A stretch of DNA of 64,000 nucleotides from Microcystaceae cyanobacterium (GCA_041746575.1 JBGTGT010000022.1:9991-73990); one strand, 5' to 3'; shown: positions 9,894 to 20,796, counted from the first letter of the stretch. Program-made: numbers and translations. Notes: generated from the letters alone by a model not told the origin.

Positions 9894-11384
9894 ATGCTTA
9901 ATAACCTTGATCTAAGTCTTACCCTTGACAAAGATACTTATCGTCAACAAATTGAAGCCCTGATGCGTCAATTGCGATCGCTTCAACAAGCGTGTTGGGA
10001 AGAACAATTACCCGTTATTATTGTCCTCGAGGGATGGGCAACAGCCGGCAAGGGAACTTTACTCAAGCAAATGGTAAACTATATGGATCCTCGCGGATTT
10101 GCGGTTCATCCTATTTTACCCCCCACTTCCCAAGAGCAACGTTATCCTTTTCTCTGGCGATTTTGGCATAAATTACCCGCTAAAGGCAGTCTGGGCTTCT
10201 TTTATCATAGTTGGTACACCCATGTCCTAGAAGATCGTCTTTTTGAGCGCGTAGAAGACGGAAAGGCTCCGCTTTTGATGCAGGATATTAATGCTTTTGA
10301 ACGACAATTAACCGATGATGGGGTGGCGATCGCCAAATTTTGGATTCATCTCAGTCGCAAAGAATTAAAAAAACGCCTGAAAAAATACGAATCCGATGAA
10401 TTAGACTCATGGCGCGTTCGTCCTGAAGATTGGCAACAAGCGAAGAATTATGAGACTTATTCGAGATTAGTCGAAGAAATGCTTATCTATACTAGCACAG
10501 GAGCGGCCCCTTGGACGTTAGTGGAAGGAGACTGCCAACGGTGGTCACGGCTTAAGGTACTCTCTCAGTTAGTGGCTACTCTTACCCAAGCCCTAGATCG
10601 CTTGAAATTACCCAAAGTCGGAACTCTGGTGATCGCACCCCAAACGGAACACTTGCCCACTGAACCAGATTTTTTAGCTAAAGTGGATTTAACCGCCAAA
10701 TTAGAGAAAATTGACTATAAAATTCAACTCAGAGAAGCTCAAATCGAGTTAAATAAGCTACAAATTAAGATTTTTCAGAAAGGTGTTCCCGTGTTAGCTC
10801 TCTTTGAAGGATGGGATGCGGTGGGCAAAGGGGGCGCAATTAAGCGATTAACCGATACTTTAGACCCTCGGAGTTATAAAGTCAATACTTTTGCGGCACC
10901 TACCCAAGAAGAAGCTCGTTATCATTATCTTTGGCGATTTTGGCGGCATCTCCCCGGACAAGGAACAATTGGCATCTTTGATCGCAGTTGGTATGGACGG
11001 GTTTTAGTAGAACGCATTGAAGGATTTGCTACAGAAGCAGAGTGGCAAAGAGCTTATCAGGAAATTAATGAGTTTGAAGCGCAATTGACTAATTATGGGG
11101 TTGTTTTGCTAAAATTTTGGCTACATATCAGTCCAGAAGAACAGTTACGCCGCTTTGAAGAACGCAAAAACAATGTGTTTAAACAATATAAAATTACAGC
11201 AGAAGATTGGCGCAATCGGGAACGCTGGTCATTGTATGAGGTCGCGGTTAATCAAGCAATCGCGCGTACCAGTACCCCAGCCGCCCCTTGGACGATTGTC
11301 GCTGGCAATGATAAGTATTTTGCTAGGGTAAAGGTGTTAAATACGGTAATTGAGTCCGTCAAAGCCGAATTAAAACGGAGATAA
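9894..11384 (+). CDS. pap: Polyphosphate:AMP phosphotransferase (two-domain PPK2)
   Basis: Two PPK2 domains: EGWATAGKG and EGWDAVGKGG, FDRSWYGRVLVER, KFWLHIS. Confidence 0.92.
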   Translation: MLNNLDLSLTLDKDTYRQQIEALMRQLRSLQQACWEEQLPVIIVLEGWATAGKGTLLKQMVNYMDPRGFAVHPILPPTSQEQRYPFLWRFWHKLPAKGSLGFFYHSWYTHVLEDRLFERVEDGKAPLLMQDINAFERQLTDDGVAIAKFWIHLSRKELKKRLKKYESDELDSWRVRPEDWQQAKNYETYSRLVEEMLIYTSTGAAPWTLVEGDCQRWSRLKVLSQLVATLTQALDRLKLPKVGTLVIAPQTEHLPTEPDFLAKVDLTAKLEKIDYKIQLREAQIELNKLQIKIFQKGVPVLALFEGWDAVGKGGAIKRLTDTLDPRSYKVNTFAAPTQEEARYHYLWRFWRHLPGQGTIGIFDRSWYGRVLVERIEGFATEAEWQRAYQEINEFEAQLTNYGVVLLKFWLHISPEEQLRRFEERKNNVFKQYKITAEDWRNRERWSLYEVAVNQAIARTSTPAAPWTIVAGNDKYFARVKVLNTVIESVKAELKRR

Positions 11385-11504
11385 TCTTATATAAGGCGAA
11401 AGTTAAGATTATAGCGTTTCGCGACTTGCTCTTTTTGCGATCGCACGTAGGCTATTAAGCCCCGATTAATCAATAAAGTTGCCTCCAATTTGACTTTCTA
11501 AATT

Positions 11505-11654
11505 ACGTGAGTTCGATCCTCAAAAAATCTACGAGCCTTCTTTATCTAATTTTTTTGTGCAGGGGGTTTGGGGGGCTAGTCCCCCAATCAGAATTTGTTT
11601 TTCTTTTTAGAATAGACAAAAGGATTAAGATAATTGCCCTCGTCGAACTCACGT
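11505..11654. mobile_element. 150-bp MITE with 12-bp terminal inverted repeats and 6-bp target-site duplication
   Basis: acgtgagttcga (11505-11516) and tcgaactcacgt (11643-11654); taaatt at 11499-11504 and 11655-11660; internal ggggg-ctagt-ccccc hairpin. Confidence 0.85.
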
Positions 11655-11744
11655 TAAATTCGCTTTCAGGGTCGTCAAACCCCTTAAAACTGCGCTAAGA
11701 TGGGTTTCTTTGGTTTTTTCTGCATTAAAGTTGTTTTGTTGATT

Positions 11745-12839
11745 TTAAGGAACATAAGACATCAATAACTGAATTGTTGCTCGAATTGAAGCTAAAGAGG
11801 CGGTTTCTTCGGCAGTATGATAACCTGTGGTGGGAATTTGCAGAGTTGTGCCATTAATATTACCTCCAGAGGCGACGACTAGGCGACCTAGTTCTGTTCT
11901 TCCCAAAGAAAGCGGTTTACTTCTCTCTTTATTTTGCGCTTCGATATAGGCATCCTTATAATTGTAAGTAATACCCAACTCTTGACATCTTTGGGCAATT
12001 TCTGCTGTCATTTCTTCAGCAAATCTCCCGTTGGCATCCTTGCGTCGTAAAACAAGTTGTTGCTCATCAGCCACTTCACGAGTAGGGTAAGGACTGGTAT
12101 CTAATACAATTAAACGCTGTGTTGTGAGGTTATGACGCAAAAACCAAGCAAGGGCATAACGCCAACTCCGTCCTGCTTCTTCCTGCGCCGTAAAAAGAGC
12201 CGTTCCTTGAAAACCACAGCGAAAGAGATAGACTAGAATGGCCGCACTTAAAACATTATCTAACTGAGCAGAGGCATAACCGTCAGTCACTTGTAAACGG
12301 TCTAAAAAAGCGACAGGTGTACCCGGTTGCAGAAAATCAAGGCCATCCAGTTCAAAAATCAGATTTTTACGAGCAGGACAGATATAAGTCCGAATAATTT
12401 GTCCTTGTCCCAAATAAGTACCAGTATAAGGCAAATGCGCCTGTACTCTTCCTCCTTGAAAGCGATTCTCTATGAGATATAACATCTGTTCGGATACTGA
12501 ATCCCCCGTCAATTCACTTTGGTTACTAGCAATGAAAGCGGCATACTGAAATTCATTGGGGCCGGTACAGAGTAAGCCATGACGGTCAATATGGGCAGAA
12601 AGAATGAGGCTTTCAGGGTTATTTCCTTCTGCAACGAGAACCCCCTGATAATAACTCACTTTTGCGCCAACTTCTTCTAATTCACGACGAAGCGTCCGAA
12701 AAAAAGCATCTTCACAGCCGACGACAGAAGGTTCACGGATCAGAGCATGAAGCAGACTGAAGAATTCTGTTAAATCTAGGTCAGTATTAAGAAAATGACC
12801 ATTTTGCTTAGCAGTGACGGGCGCGACAAATTCCAGCAT
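11745..12839 (-). CDS. M42/M28-like zinc metallopeptidase
   Basis: SAHIDRHG, SAQLDN, TAQEEAG and C-terminal GYHT metal-ligand pattern. Confidence 0.75.
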   Translation of the reverse strand: MLEFVAPVTAKQNGHFLNTDLDLTEFFSLLHALIREPSVVGCEDAFFRTLRRELEEVGAKVSYYQGVLVAEGNNPESLILSAHIDRHGLLCTGPNEFQYAAFIASNQSELTGDSVSEQMLYLIENRFQGGRVQAHLPYTGTYLGQGQIIRTYICPARKNLIFELDGLDFLQPGTPVAFLDRLQVTDGYASAQLDNVLSAAILVYLFRCGFQGTALFTAQEEAGRSWRYALAWFLRHNLTTQRLIVLDTSPYPTREVADEQQLVLRRKDANGRFAEEMTAEIAQRCQELGITYNYKDAYIEAQNKERSKPLSLGRTELGRLVVASGGNINGTTLQIPTTGYHTAEETASLASIRATIQLLMSYVP

Positions 12840-12967
12840 ATCTTAACATCTATTATGATAGATAATTGAAAGAGGGATAATATTAGGTGACCATACAACT
12901 TACGTCAGCTAAAAAATGTAATCTAAAATACATTTTACAAAAAGACGAATAATTTAGAAATCTCAAT

Positions 12968-14848
12968 TTAATCAAATTTGTGAACCTCAGAAGCGGTCTT
13001 TTCAGGTTGACCCGATAGAGGAAAAATCAAAATACCATTAATCCTATTGTTGGAAATTAATTCCTTCAAATGATGCAATTGTTGATCGGTAATTGCAATG
13101 CCTGCATAACTTTGAGCATATTTTAATTCTTCTTTAAAATTCGATTCAGCGTAGGCTTGAATAAACACTCGATCAATATTCCAATTTGCCCAATCTGCGG
13201 CAAAATAACGCTTTGCCCAATAAGGGTTATGATGACAAATATCAAAACTGACCGATGGATTCGCTTTCTTCATCGCCGTTGTCATTTGTTGCACAAATTT
13301 GCTTAAATTAGCAGTACGATCAACCTGACCCGGTAATTCAGCATGATACCCTAAATAATCGTCCCATTGAACCGCATCAATTTGGGGATATTTCTGCACA
13401 AATTCCACTAAAATATTCGTAAAGAATTGAGCAATTTCCGGCACTTCCACATCTAAGACATAATGATCAATGCCACTATAGGTTTTATCTAGCCCTGGAA
13501 CGAGCCATTTGCGCTGAATCGCTAAGTTAAAAATCGGACTATTTTGATCAATTTTAATGCCTTTTTCAAAATAAGCATGGACTTCCATTCCTTGTTTATG
13601 GGCTTCATCTATTAACCAATTCAACCACTGATCTTGAAACTGATTCGGACAACTTTGATACCCCAAGGTTTTCTGCATCACTTCACTTTTATACATTGTA
13701 CAACCATTCCCCCAAACCCCATGAATAATTGTATTAATCCCTTGAGAATGATAATAACGAACCCTTTCTCTGATGGTTTCTTCGCTGGCATTATTCGTGA
13801 TTTGATAGCGGCTTAAATAAATGCCTCGAATGGCTTTTTTTCGCCAAGGGGTTTCAGCAATGGGAGCTTTTTTTAAGGGAAATAATGCTGTTTGTGTTTG
13901 AGAGACCTTAGTTTTAGCAGACTCAATAACCTGTTGTCCCGGCGGAGACATCACATAACCCAAAAACGCTTTAACCTGAGGTTGAATCGGTTCTCGATAA
14001 ACATAGAATAAAGAATGCTGATAAGGGTAATCCGTTGCTTCAGGAATTAACCCATCAATGGGGACAATTCTAACGGTTAATTGATTCTTCACTTGAGCAT
14101 AAGAGGCATAACTAATTCCCTCTTTTCCTAAAGTTTGTAAAATCGCCGGCGTTGAATCTTGATTTAAAGAATTAGACTGAGCATTATTGCCAAACTTTTC
14201 CCCTTTTAAAGCAATTTCTTGAAAAACCTGATAGGTTTCACTGAGCGGAGGGCGGTTAATAATTTTAATCGGTTGATTATCCCCTTTAAAGGCTGACCAA
14301 TGAGTAATTTTTCCCGTAAAAATCTCCCTAACTTGTGTTTGAGTTAAACCTCTACGAAAAGGATTATTCACATGAACAATAACCACAATTTTGTCTTGAG
14401 TAATCGGAATTTGTTTTAAACCTTGAGCTTTTTCTGTTAAAGTTAACGGCCGAGACACTGCCGCAATATCAATTTTATTCGCTAACAATTGCTGAATTCC
14501 AATTTCTGAACCTTGGGTATTACTATTAACAGTTGTCCCTAAAAAACGTTGTTGAAAAGCTGTTTTTAATTCCTGATTAATTGAAACTAAACGAGTAGAA
14601 CCCTCTAAGTTAATCACTGTTCCTGAAGAGACATTTGTCGGTAAAGGAAATGGGGGGATAACCTCATCGCTAACAGCGGAAATAGGAGCGGTAAAAATTG
14701 GCGAAAGCGTTTCTCTGGCCTGACGAGACAAAGAAAATGGCGTCAAATATTCATTTGACGCCAACCATCCATATCCAATGCCTAAAATAGCCAAAAGGAT
14801 TAGAAAATTAACGCATCCGCATCCTGCTTTTTGATTTTGGGGTGACAT
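12968..14848 (-). CDS. Membrane-anchored PstS-like substrate-binding domain fused to a GHL10 (DUF187) glycoside hydrolase-like domain
   Basis: N-terminal TM; GSTRL..GSEIGI..IDIAAVSR..IFTGKITHW; then IRGIYL, IDEAHKQGMEVHAYFE, IDAVQWDDY. Confidence 0.8.
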   Translation of the reverse strand: MSPQNQKAGCGCVNFLILLAILGIGYGWLASNEYLTPFSLSRQARETLSPIFTAPISAVSDEVIPPFPLPTNVSSGTVINLEGSTRLVSINQELKTAFQQRFLGTTVNSNTQGSEIGIQQLLANKIDIAAVSRPLTLTEKAQGLKQIPITQDKIVVIVHVNNPFRRGLTQTQVREIFTGKITHWSAFKGDNQPIKIINRPPLSETYQVFQEIALKGEKFGNNAQSNSLNQDSTPAILQTLGKEGISYASYAQVKNQLTVRIVPIDGLIPEATDYPYQHSLFYVYREPIQPQVKAFLGYVMSPPGQQVIESAKTKVSQTQTALFPLKKAPIAETPWRKKAIRGIYLSRYQITNNASEETIRERVRYYHSQGINTIIHGVWGNGCTMYKSEVMQKTLGYQSCPNQFQDQWLNWLIDEAHKQGMEVHAYFEKGIKIDQNSPIFNLAIQRKWLVPGLDKTYSGIDHYVLDVEVPEIAQFFTNILVEFVQKYPQIDAVQWDDYLGYHAELPGQVDRTANLSKFVQQMTTAMKKANPSVSFDICHHNPYWAKRYFAADWANWNIDRVFIQAYAESNFKEELKYAQSYAGIAITDQQLHHLKELISNNRINGILIFPLSGQPEKTASEVHKFD

Positions 14849-15410
14849 TACAATAAAATCTTAAATTGTTTATTACTCTGTCCTAAAAATAAGGCCGCCT
14901 ATTCTTCATCTCTTCACAGTCACCAATAACCTACAGATGAGAATCGTTTTCTTACTTTATGTTCTATTTTAACATACCTAAAAATACAGCGTCTTCTTGC
15001 TTTTTTTCCGTTAGCAATTCGCAGAATCCCGTAAACTCTCGGTGTCTGTCCAAAAAGAAATCGAAAAGTTTCTCTGCAAAAATACCGAATAACATTGCCT
15101 TAATAAAATTTCATGACAAATAACGAAAAAGACTGTTACTTTTTTGAGCCGTTAGGGAAGACTAAGAAAGTAGAAAAAAAGAAAGGAGTGAAATTTCAGA
15201 CAATTCATCGCTCTAACGATTCCAGAATTTTGTAGAAACCACTCCCATCCCACTACCGCATTGTGAACATCATCATCAAGGGTTTGTCCCAAGATACCCG
15301 CTAAAGGCCATCTTGCTCCATGAAGTATGATCTTCTAAGTCTATATTAAACGCTACCCTCATTATCTGTCCAACTTTTATTCTGCCTTGTGATCTGCGAG
15401 GAGTCCAACG

Positions 15411-16475
15411 ATGACTAAAATCACTGAAACTAGCCCCAATTCCCCATCAAGAGAAACTAATCAAAACCTTTCTTGGTGGAAACGCCCCGTTATGGGAGAA
15501 GGAAGTATCCTTGAAGCATTATTGGGAGGACAAGCCCAAGAAGACGTTTCCGAAAGTGCTTTAATGTTACACAATCGGGAGATGATGGATATCAAGGTCT
15601 TTGCTAAAACGGCAGAAGCGATTGATAGTGAAAAGTTTGGTAGCGAGGAATTTTTGCAATTCGTGCGTCTGAAATACGCCATTACCAGAGATTTAGATGA
15701 ATATAAAGGACTCGATCAAAGTATTGAATTATTGAAAGTGGCTATTGATGCCAAAGATAGTTTTATCTCGATTGACCAAACCGAATTACGTTATCGCGGC
15801 ACAAAACAGCAAGATTTCTATCAATATGTTGAAGATTTATTGAACAATGAGACAACCCGAACCGATGAAGATTTGTTTCGTGAAAGGGTAACCGCTCAAT
15901 TAGACGAATTGTTGCCTCAAGTCAAAACCGAAGAAGGTCGTACGGCTCTACAAGCTTATGCTCATCATCTTGATACCTTATCGGAAAGTCGCTTAGGCTT
16001 AAAATTATTGGCGTTGTTTAAAACCTATCAACTCGCTGACTATTCCATTTTGAAAATCATCTCAGATATCATTCAAGGGTTAAACAAAAAAGATTTAATG
16101 AATTTAAAAGGAATCGAATCTTTGGTCATTATTAATTATCAAGTCTTTGAAAAGCTCAGAAAAATTATTGGGATTTCAGCCAGTCAACATAAGCCTGAAA
16201 CCTATGCTCTTATCCTCCAATATATTGCCCTATCCTATCGTCATGGCTTGTCTTATCTGAAGTTTGATGAATTAATTAATATTTTGAAGAAATGGTCAAG
16301 ACATTATCATGCTTTAAACGGTATTCGTTCTGCTCACCCCTCAGAGCAGTACAAACAACCCCAAGAATTTTCTGATCCTATACCAGGAATCGCTATTTAC
16401 GAAAAATACAAAAAATCCTTAACGAATCCTAAGACAGGGATGGCTTACGTCGATTTCGGTGAAGGAGCGATTTAG
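15411..16475 (+). CDS. Hypothetical helical protein
   Basis: 354-aa ORF with RBS gaggag; no recognised motif. Confidence 0.75.
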   Translation: MTKITETSPNSPSRETNQNLSWWKRPVMGEGSILEALLGGQAQEDVSESALMLHNREMMDIKVFAKTAEAIDSEKFGSEEFLQFVRLKYAITRDLDEYKGLDQSIELLKVAIDAKDSFISIDQTELRYRGTKQQDFYQYVEDLLNNETTRTDEDLFRERVTAQLDELLPQVKTEEGRTALQAYAHHLDTLSESRLGLKLLALFKTYQLADYSILKIISDIIQGLNKKDLMNLKGIESLVIINYQVFEKLRKIIGISASQHKPETYALILQYIALSYRHGLSYLKFDELINILKKWSRHYHALNGIRSAHPSEQYKQPQEFSDPIPGIAIYEKYKKSLTNPKTGMAYVDFGEGAI

Positions 16476-16482
16476 GAGTTTA

Positions 16483-16510
16483 ACTTGAGTTCGGGATAAG
16501 CTGAAAACCC
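16483..16510 (+). repeat. Solo end related to the 11505 MITE terminal repeat
   Basis: acttgagttcgg matches acgtgagttcga at 10/12; no partner end found. Confidence 0.5.
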
Positions 16511-16565
16511 TATTGCTTTGTAGATAGCAAAACGCAGAATTGACGCCAAATCGAGCGATTATCGG

Positions 16566-18035
16566 CTACTTATAATGATGATTTCTCAGACAATTATCAC
16601 AATGACCACACCGAAATCGCTGAGCTTGTTCACCAAATCCAAAAGCATAGAGCAGAAATTGCCAACGACAGCTTTGTGTTCTCAAATACTTAAGCATTTC
16701 TAGCTGTTTTTGTTGCTGAGTAACATTTGCATGAACTAACGACGTTTCGCTTTGATTTTTAGTTAACTGATAGTGAAACGGATCTAACCATTCGAGTTTT
16801 TGCGCCTGAAAGAGCAACGATAAAGCCATCTCTCCGTAACGAAACTGAGCTTTAATGGTCTTGATGTCTCCTTGCGAGGGAATTTGTGCAGAAATACGTT
16901 GAGCGTGTAAATATTGTTTGTAAAGTTGATCTTGCCAAAATTTGTGCCGTTGATGATCGCTCGGATCGAGTAAACCCGTGGGTTCGCTAACAAAGGCCAA
17001 TGCTTGCGTCGGTTGACCATCTCTTCCGCCTCGCCCCACTTCTTGCAGATATTCCGATAATAAAGCAGGTGCTTGAAAATGAACTACCCAGCGTACATTT
17101 GGCTTATTAATTCCCATACCAAAGGCAGACGTACAGAGAACAAAGGGATATTCCCCGCTTAACCAGCAATTTTCAATCTCTCTGCGTTGACGAGAACTTA
17201 AACCTGCATGATAGGCAGCAGTTGAATAATGGCGAGCCGTCAGCCATTGACTGAGTTTTTCGCTTTCTCGACGTGATCGTACATAAATTAAACCCGATTC
17301 TTGGGAATGAGAACGAATTAACTGTAATAATTGACGACGACGACAGAAGGGTGTCCAAGCGACTTGAATCTTTAAATTTAAATTAGGACGATAGGGGCTT
17401 TCTAAGACGATTTTTGGGGCTTTAAGTTGTAAAATCTCGCAAATTTGTGCTTGAGTTTTAGGGTCAGCCGTAGCGGTAAAGGCAGTAATGCCAAAGGGAG
17501 TAGAGGGATTAACCGCCAAGAGAGACTGACGAACGATACCTAAGCGATAATAGGCAGGGCGAAAATGCTGCCCCCATTGTACCAGACAGTGGGCTTCATC
17601 AAGGATCATGCTATTAATGCGCATATTCGGGCGTTTTAGCCTTTGCCAAACGGGTTCACTCAGTAAGGTTTCTGGGGAAAGGTACAAAAGCCGTAATTTT
17701 TGCTGTTCTAGGGCGTGTAAGGTCTGTTGACGTTGGGGACGAGACAGCTGATGATGGAGTAAGGCGGCAGGTAATTGGCGTTGTTGCAGGTCTTTAACTT
17801 GATTTTCCATTAAAGCGACCAAAGGAGATACCACTAAAGTCACCCCTTCTTCCATTAAAGCCGGTAATTGAAAACAGAGGGATTTCCCCCCTCCCGTGGG
17901 CATGATGACTAGCGCATCTCGTTTAGCTAAGATGCAGTGAATAATATCTTCTTGAGCCGGGCGAAAATCACTATACCCCCAAACTGCTTGAAAGGTTTGA
18001 CGAATACGTTGCCAATCAGACGAGTAAAGATTCAT
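16566..18035 (-). CDS. recQ: RecQ family DNA helicase (short form)
   Basis: MPTGGGKSLCFQLP, ILDEAHC, TAFTATA, AFGMGI, QEVGRGGRDG, CGHCDNC; likely start ATG 18035. Confidence 0.92.
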   Translation of the reverse strand: MNLYSSDWQRIRQTFQAVWGYSDFRPAQEDIIHCILAKRDALVIMPTGGGKSLCFQLPALMEEGVTLVVSPLVALMENQVKDLQQRQLPAALLHHQLSRPQRQQTLHALEQQKLRLLYLSPETLLSEPVWQRLKRPNMRINSMILDEAHCLVQWGQHFRPAYYRLGIVRQSLLAVNPSTPFGITAFTATADPKTQAQICEILQLKAPKIVLESPYRPNLNLKIQVAWTPFCRRRQLLQLIRSHSQESGLIYVRSRRESEKLSQWLTARHYSTAAYHAGLSSRQRREIENCWLSGEYPFVLCTSAFGMGINKPNVRWVVHFQAPALLSEYLQEVGRGGRDGQPTQALAFVSEPTGLLDPSDHQRHKFWQDQLYKQYLHAQRISAQIPSQGDIKTIKAQFRYGEMALSLLFQAQKLEWLDPFHYQLTKNQSETSLVHANVTQQQKQLEMLKYLRTQSCRWQFLLYAFGFGEQAQRFRCGHCDNCLRNHHYK

Positions 18036-18200
18036 AAGAGATGCGTCGATTAGATCAATGGGGAAGGGATTGCCATTTACCGTCAGCTTTTGATCATACA
18101 CGAGTGTCGGCTCATCTTGAGTGTTCTTCAATTTTGGTCCATTCGGCGTGATAAGATAACAAGTCGAATACCTTTCGATTCTTTAATTAAGAATGATTGC

Positions 18201-18662
18201 ATGACTGATTCCCAAGATGCCTATTTAGGAGCAACAGTTCCCCACTTTTGGTTACAGCAGTACGAATCTTTAGCCCAAAAAAAAGGAAAAACAAGAGAAG
18301 AATTGATTAGGGAAGCTTTGGCAGATTATTTGAGCATAAATTCTGCTTCTGATTCTCAATCTAGTCAATTAACTCAAGAAATCACGGATCTGTCCCGACG
18401 GGTTACGGTACTAGAAACCGCTCAATCTCACCTCAATCACTTAGCGGCTCAGTTTCAGCATCTAGAACAGAAATTCAAGCAGCTTTCTGGGGAAACATCA
18501 AACAGGGATAATCAACCTCAGAACCCGCCTTCTTCCTCTAATTCAGAGAAAATTAATAAGACCTCTCCCGCTGCCAATTTTTCCCTTGTTACCCCCCCAG
18601 ATCAAGAAGATTATGATGAACCCGATGAAATTCTCTGGGATTTTAAGGGCGATCATTCATAG
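18201..18662 (+). CDS. Ribbon-helix-helix (CopG-like) and coiled-coil protein
   Basis: LAQKKGKTREELIREALADYL, coiled coil, acidic tail DEPDEILWDF; start ATG 18201. Confidence 0.7.
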   Translation: MTDSQDAYLGATVPHFWLQQYESLAQKKGKTREELIREALADYLSINSASDSQSSQLTQEITDLSRRVTVLETAQSHLNHLAAQFQHLEQKFKQLSGETSNRDNQPQNPPSSSNSEKINKTSPAANFSLVTPPDQEDYDEPDEILWDFKGDHS

Positions 18663-18671
18663 TTAAAGGGT

Positions 18672-19301
18672 TTACCGTGCTAAAACGCCATTTAAAAAAA
18701 TATCGGCAATTCCTTCGGCCATTTCCTTTAAAGCTCTCGGTGACGTATCGGGATTAATAATCGTTTCTTCCGAAAAACCAGCGATCGCAAACATCCCTAA
18801 AAAGACCTGTGCGACGATTTTCGGGTCGAGCTGACGATAAATTCCCTTATCCATCGCTGATTGAAAGAAGACTTCTGCTACATCGGTCATTTTTCCAATC
18901 ACTTCTAATTGAATTTTTTCTCGTAATTCAGGATGGAATTGCGCCTCAATAAAACAAACTCGCAATAAATCATTATTTTCCCGCATCCGAAACATCCGAC
19001 GACGCATGACTTTATCTACCGCTTTATAGCTTTCCATTTCACTCAATTCAGTCAACAAGTCCGTTAAAATTTCGCTCCATCCCGACGTGGCCACTTCGAT
19101 TAAAATCGCTTTTTTGCTGGGAAAATAACGAAATAATGTTCCTTCTGCCACATTTGCTGTCGCGGCAAGGTCTTTTGTGGTTGTTCCATCATATCCTTTA
19201 GCGGCAAACAGACGTAAAGCCGTCTGCAAAATCCGTTGACGGGGATCATCATCAGAGATTGACCCAGATTCAATCGTCATTTCTGAACGCAATTTAGACA
19301 T
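18672..19301 (-). CDS. TetR/AcrR family regulator (conserved cyanobacterial type, possibly PfsR-like)
   Basis: RILQTALRLFAAKGYDGTTTKDLA..ANVAEGTLFRYFPSK HTH. Confidence 0.92.
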   Translation of the reverse strand: MSKLRSEMTIESGSISDDDPRQRILQTALRLFAAKGYDGTTTKDLAATANVAEGTLFRYFPSKKAILIEVATSGWSEILTDLLTELSEMESYKAVDKVMRRRMFRMRENNDLLRVCFIEAQFHPELREKIQLEVIGKMTDVAEVFFQSAMDKGIYRQLDPKIVAQVFLGMFAIAGFSEETIINPDTSPRALKEMAEGIADIFLNGVLAR

Positions 19302-19495
19302 GAGGGAAACACCGTAACACTGTAGGGTTCATTTTCCTCGATCAATTGGATTAAAAGAAGCGATCGTTAATAAATTTAATGATTTTAATCCGTCCCGAAC
19401 TAACCCTTTTGCAGAGAAGAATTTTGACTTTTGAATTTCCGAAGGGGTCATTCCATACGATAATAAGAAGGACGTTAGAACTCGGAAACAAGCCA

Positions 19496-19984
19496 ATGAC
19501 CACCGTTAATCCCAGTGAGCCTACCCTAGCTGACCATGAAGTTGAGGAGATTATCGAAGATTTATTCGATGAACCCGGTACTCATAAAGACGTCATTGAA
19601 ACGGTAATTGGTAGCTTAGAACAAAATGATAGTGCGATGGTACTGCACAACAAAGAGGGCTATCTTTGGAAGTTTCAGTATGGCAGTGTTGAAGTCTTTG
19701 TGCAACTCACCGGAGAGGGCGACGATGATCTCTTAACGGTTTGGTCTCCTGTATTAACTTTACCGGCAACAGACAAAATCGGACTATTAAACCGATTATT
19801 AGAGATGAATTGGTCAGATACCTTTGAAACTCGCTTTGCTAAGGTAAAAGATCAAATTATCGTGGTTTCCCAACGAACAGTAGCTGATCTCTCCCCCGGT
19901 GAAATTTCTCGCGCCGTAACCTTGGTAGCCACCATTGCCGATGATCACGATGAATCGTTGAAAGATACTTACGGTGGCACTTAA
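19496..19984 (+). CDS. YbjN/CesT chaperone-fold protein
   Basis: WKFQYGSVEVFVQLTG...LLEMNW...EISRAVTLVATIADDHD; start ATG 19496. Confidence 0.75.
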   Translation: MTTVNPSEPTLADHEVEEIIEDLFDEPGTHKDVIETVIGSLEQNDSAMVLHNKEGYLWKFQYGSVEVFVQLTGEGDDDLLTVWSPVLTLPATDKIGLLNRLLEMNWSDTFETRFAKVKDQIIVVSQRTVADLSPGEISRAVTLVATIADDHDESLKDTYGGT

Positions 19985-19998
19985 ACAAAATTGCTAAA

Positions 19999-20790
19999 AT
20001 GACGCAAACGTGGCGATTGTTGCCCTTTTTGGAGGCTTCTGGATCATTACAAATGGCAATTGATCGCTGGTTATTACAGCAACATCGACAGAACCAACAG
20101 CCTCCGTGTCTGCGATTTTATGCTTGGTTTCCCGTGGCCATTTCCTTGGGATACCATCAACATTGTTATCCCCCTCATTGGCAATCTCTAACTTGGCAAG
20201 GTCAAGAGATTGATCTGGTGCGTCGTCCTACAGGAGGCCGTGCGGTTTTGCATCACGGAGATTTGACCTACATGGTGGTGACTTCTGGATTTAAAAGCAA
20301 ACGATTTCAAGTTTATCGACAAATTTGCCAATTTTTAATTGACGGATGGCGATCACTTGGTCTTGAGTTACACTATGGTCAAGCAGAACGAGGTTACATC
20401 CATCATCCCAATTGTTTTGGGACAGCCACTTCAGCCGATTTAGTCGATAATGAGGGTCATAAGCGTATCGGTAGCGCACAATTAAAACAGGGTGGGGCGA
20501 TTCTACAACATGGTTCAATGATTTTATACGCTGATTCTCTTTTATTTCAACAGATTTTCGGGGAATCTCCCCCTATTTCTTTGAATTTGCCCCTATTAAA
20601 AAATTCAACTTCTGCTATCCTGAAAGGAAATAAAAACGAAGAAACCCAAAATTTCAAAGAATTACTAATCCAACGATTGATAGAAGCCGCAGAAGAGTGT
20701 TTCGAGGTAAAGTTTGAACTAAAACCCCTTTCAGAGAGTGAATGGCAAGAAATAAAGCAAGATTTGAATTTTTTTAAGGTGACGACATAG
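19999..20790 (+). CDS. Lipoate-protein ligase A family protein
   Basis: QMAID, VRRPTGGRAVLH, KRIGSAQ, ILQHGS. Confidence 0.9.
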   Translation: MTQTWRLLPFLEASGSLQMAIDRWLLQQHRQNQQPPCLRFYAWFPVAISLGYHQHCYPPHWQSLTWQGQEIDLVRRPTGGRAVLHHGDLTYMVVTSGFKSKRFQVYRQICQFLIDGWRSLGLELHYGQAERGYIHHPNCFGTATSADLVDNEGHKRIGSAQLKQGGAILQHGSMILYADSLLFQQIFGESPPISLNLPLLKNSTSAILKGNKNEETQNFKELLIQRLIEAAEECFEVKFELKPLSESEWQEIKQDLNFFKVTT

Positions 20791-20796
20791 CGCAAA

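Noticed and set aside
11507..11698. 63-aa ORF
   Set aside because: Lies across the MITE; not a transposase
14849..15410. Long intergenic region as riboswitch or sRNA
   Set aside because: No recognisable conserved motif; divergent promoters explain it; an Rfam scan would settle it
18036..18200. Apparent head-to-head overlap of recQ and the RHH gene
   Set aside because: Disappears with starts at 18035 and 18201
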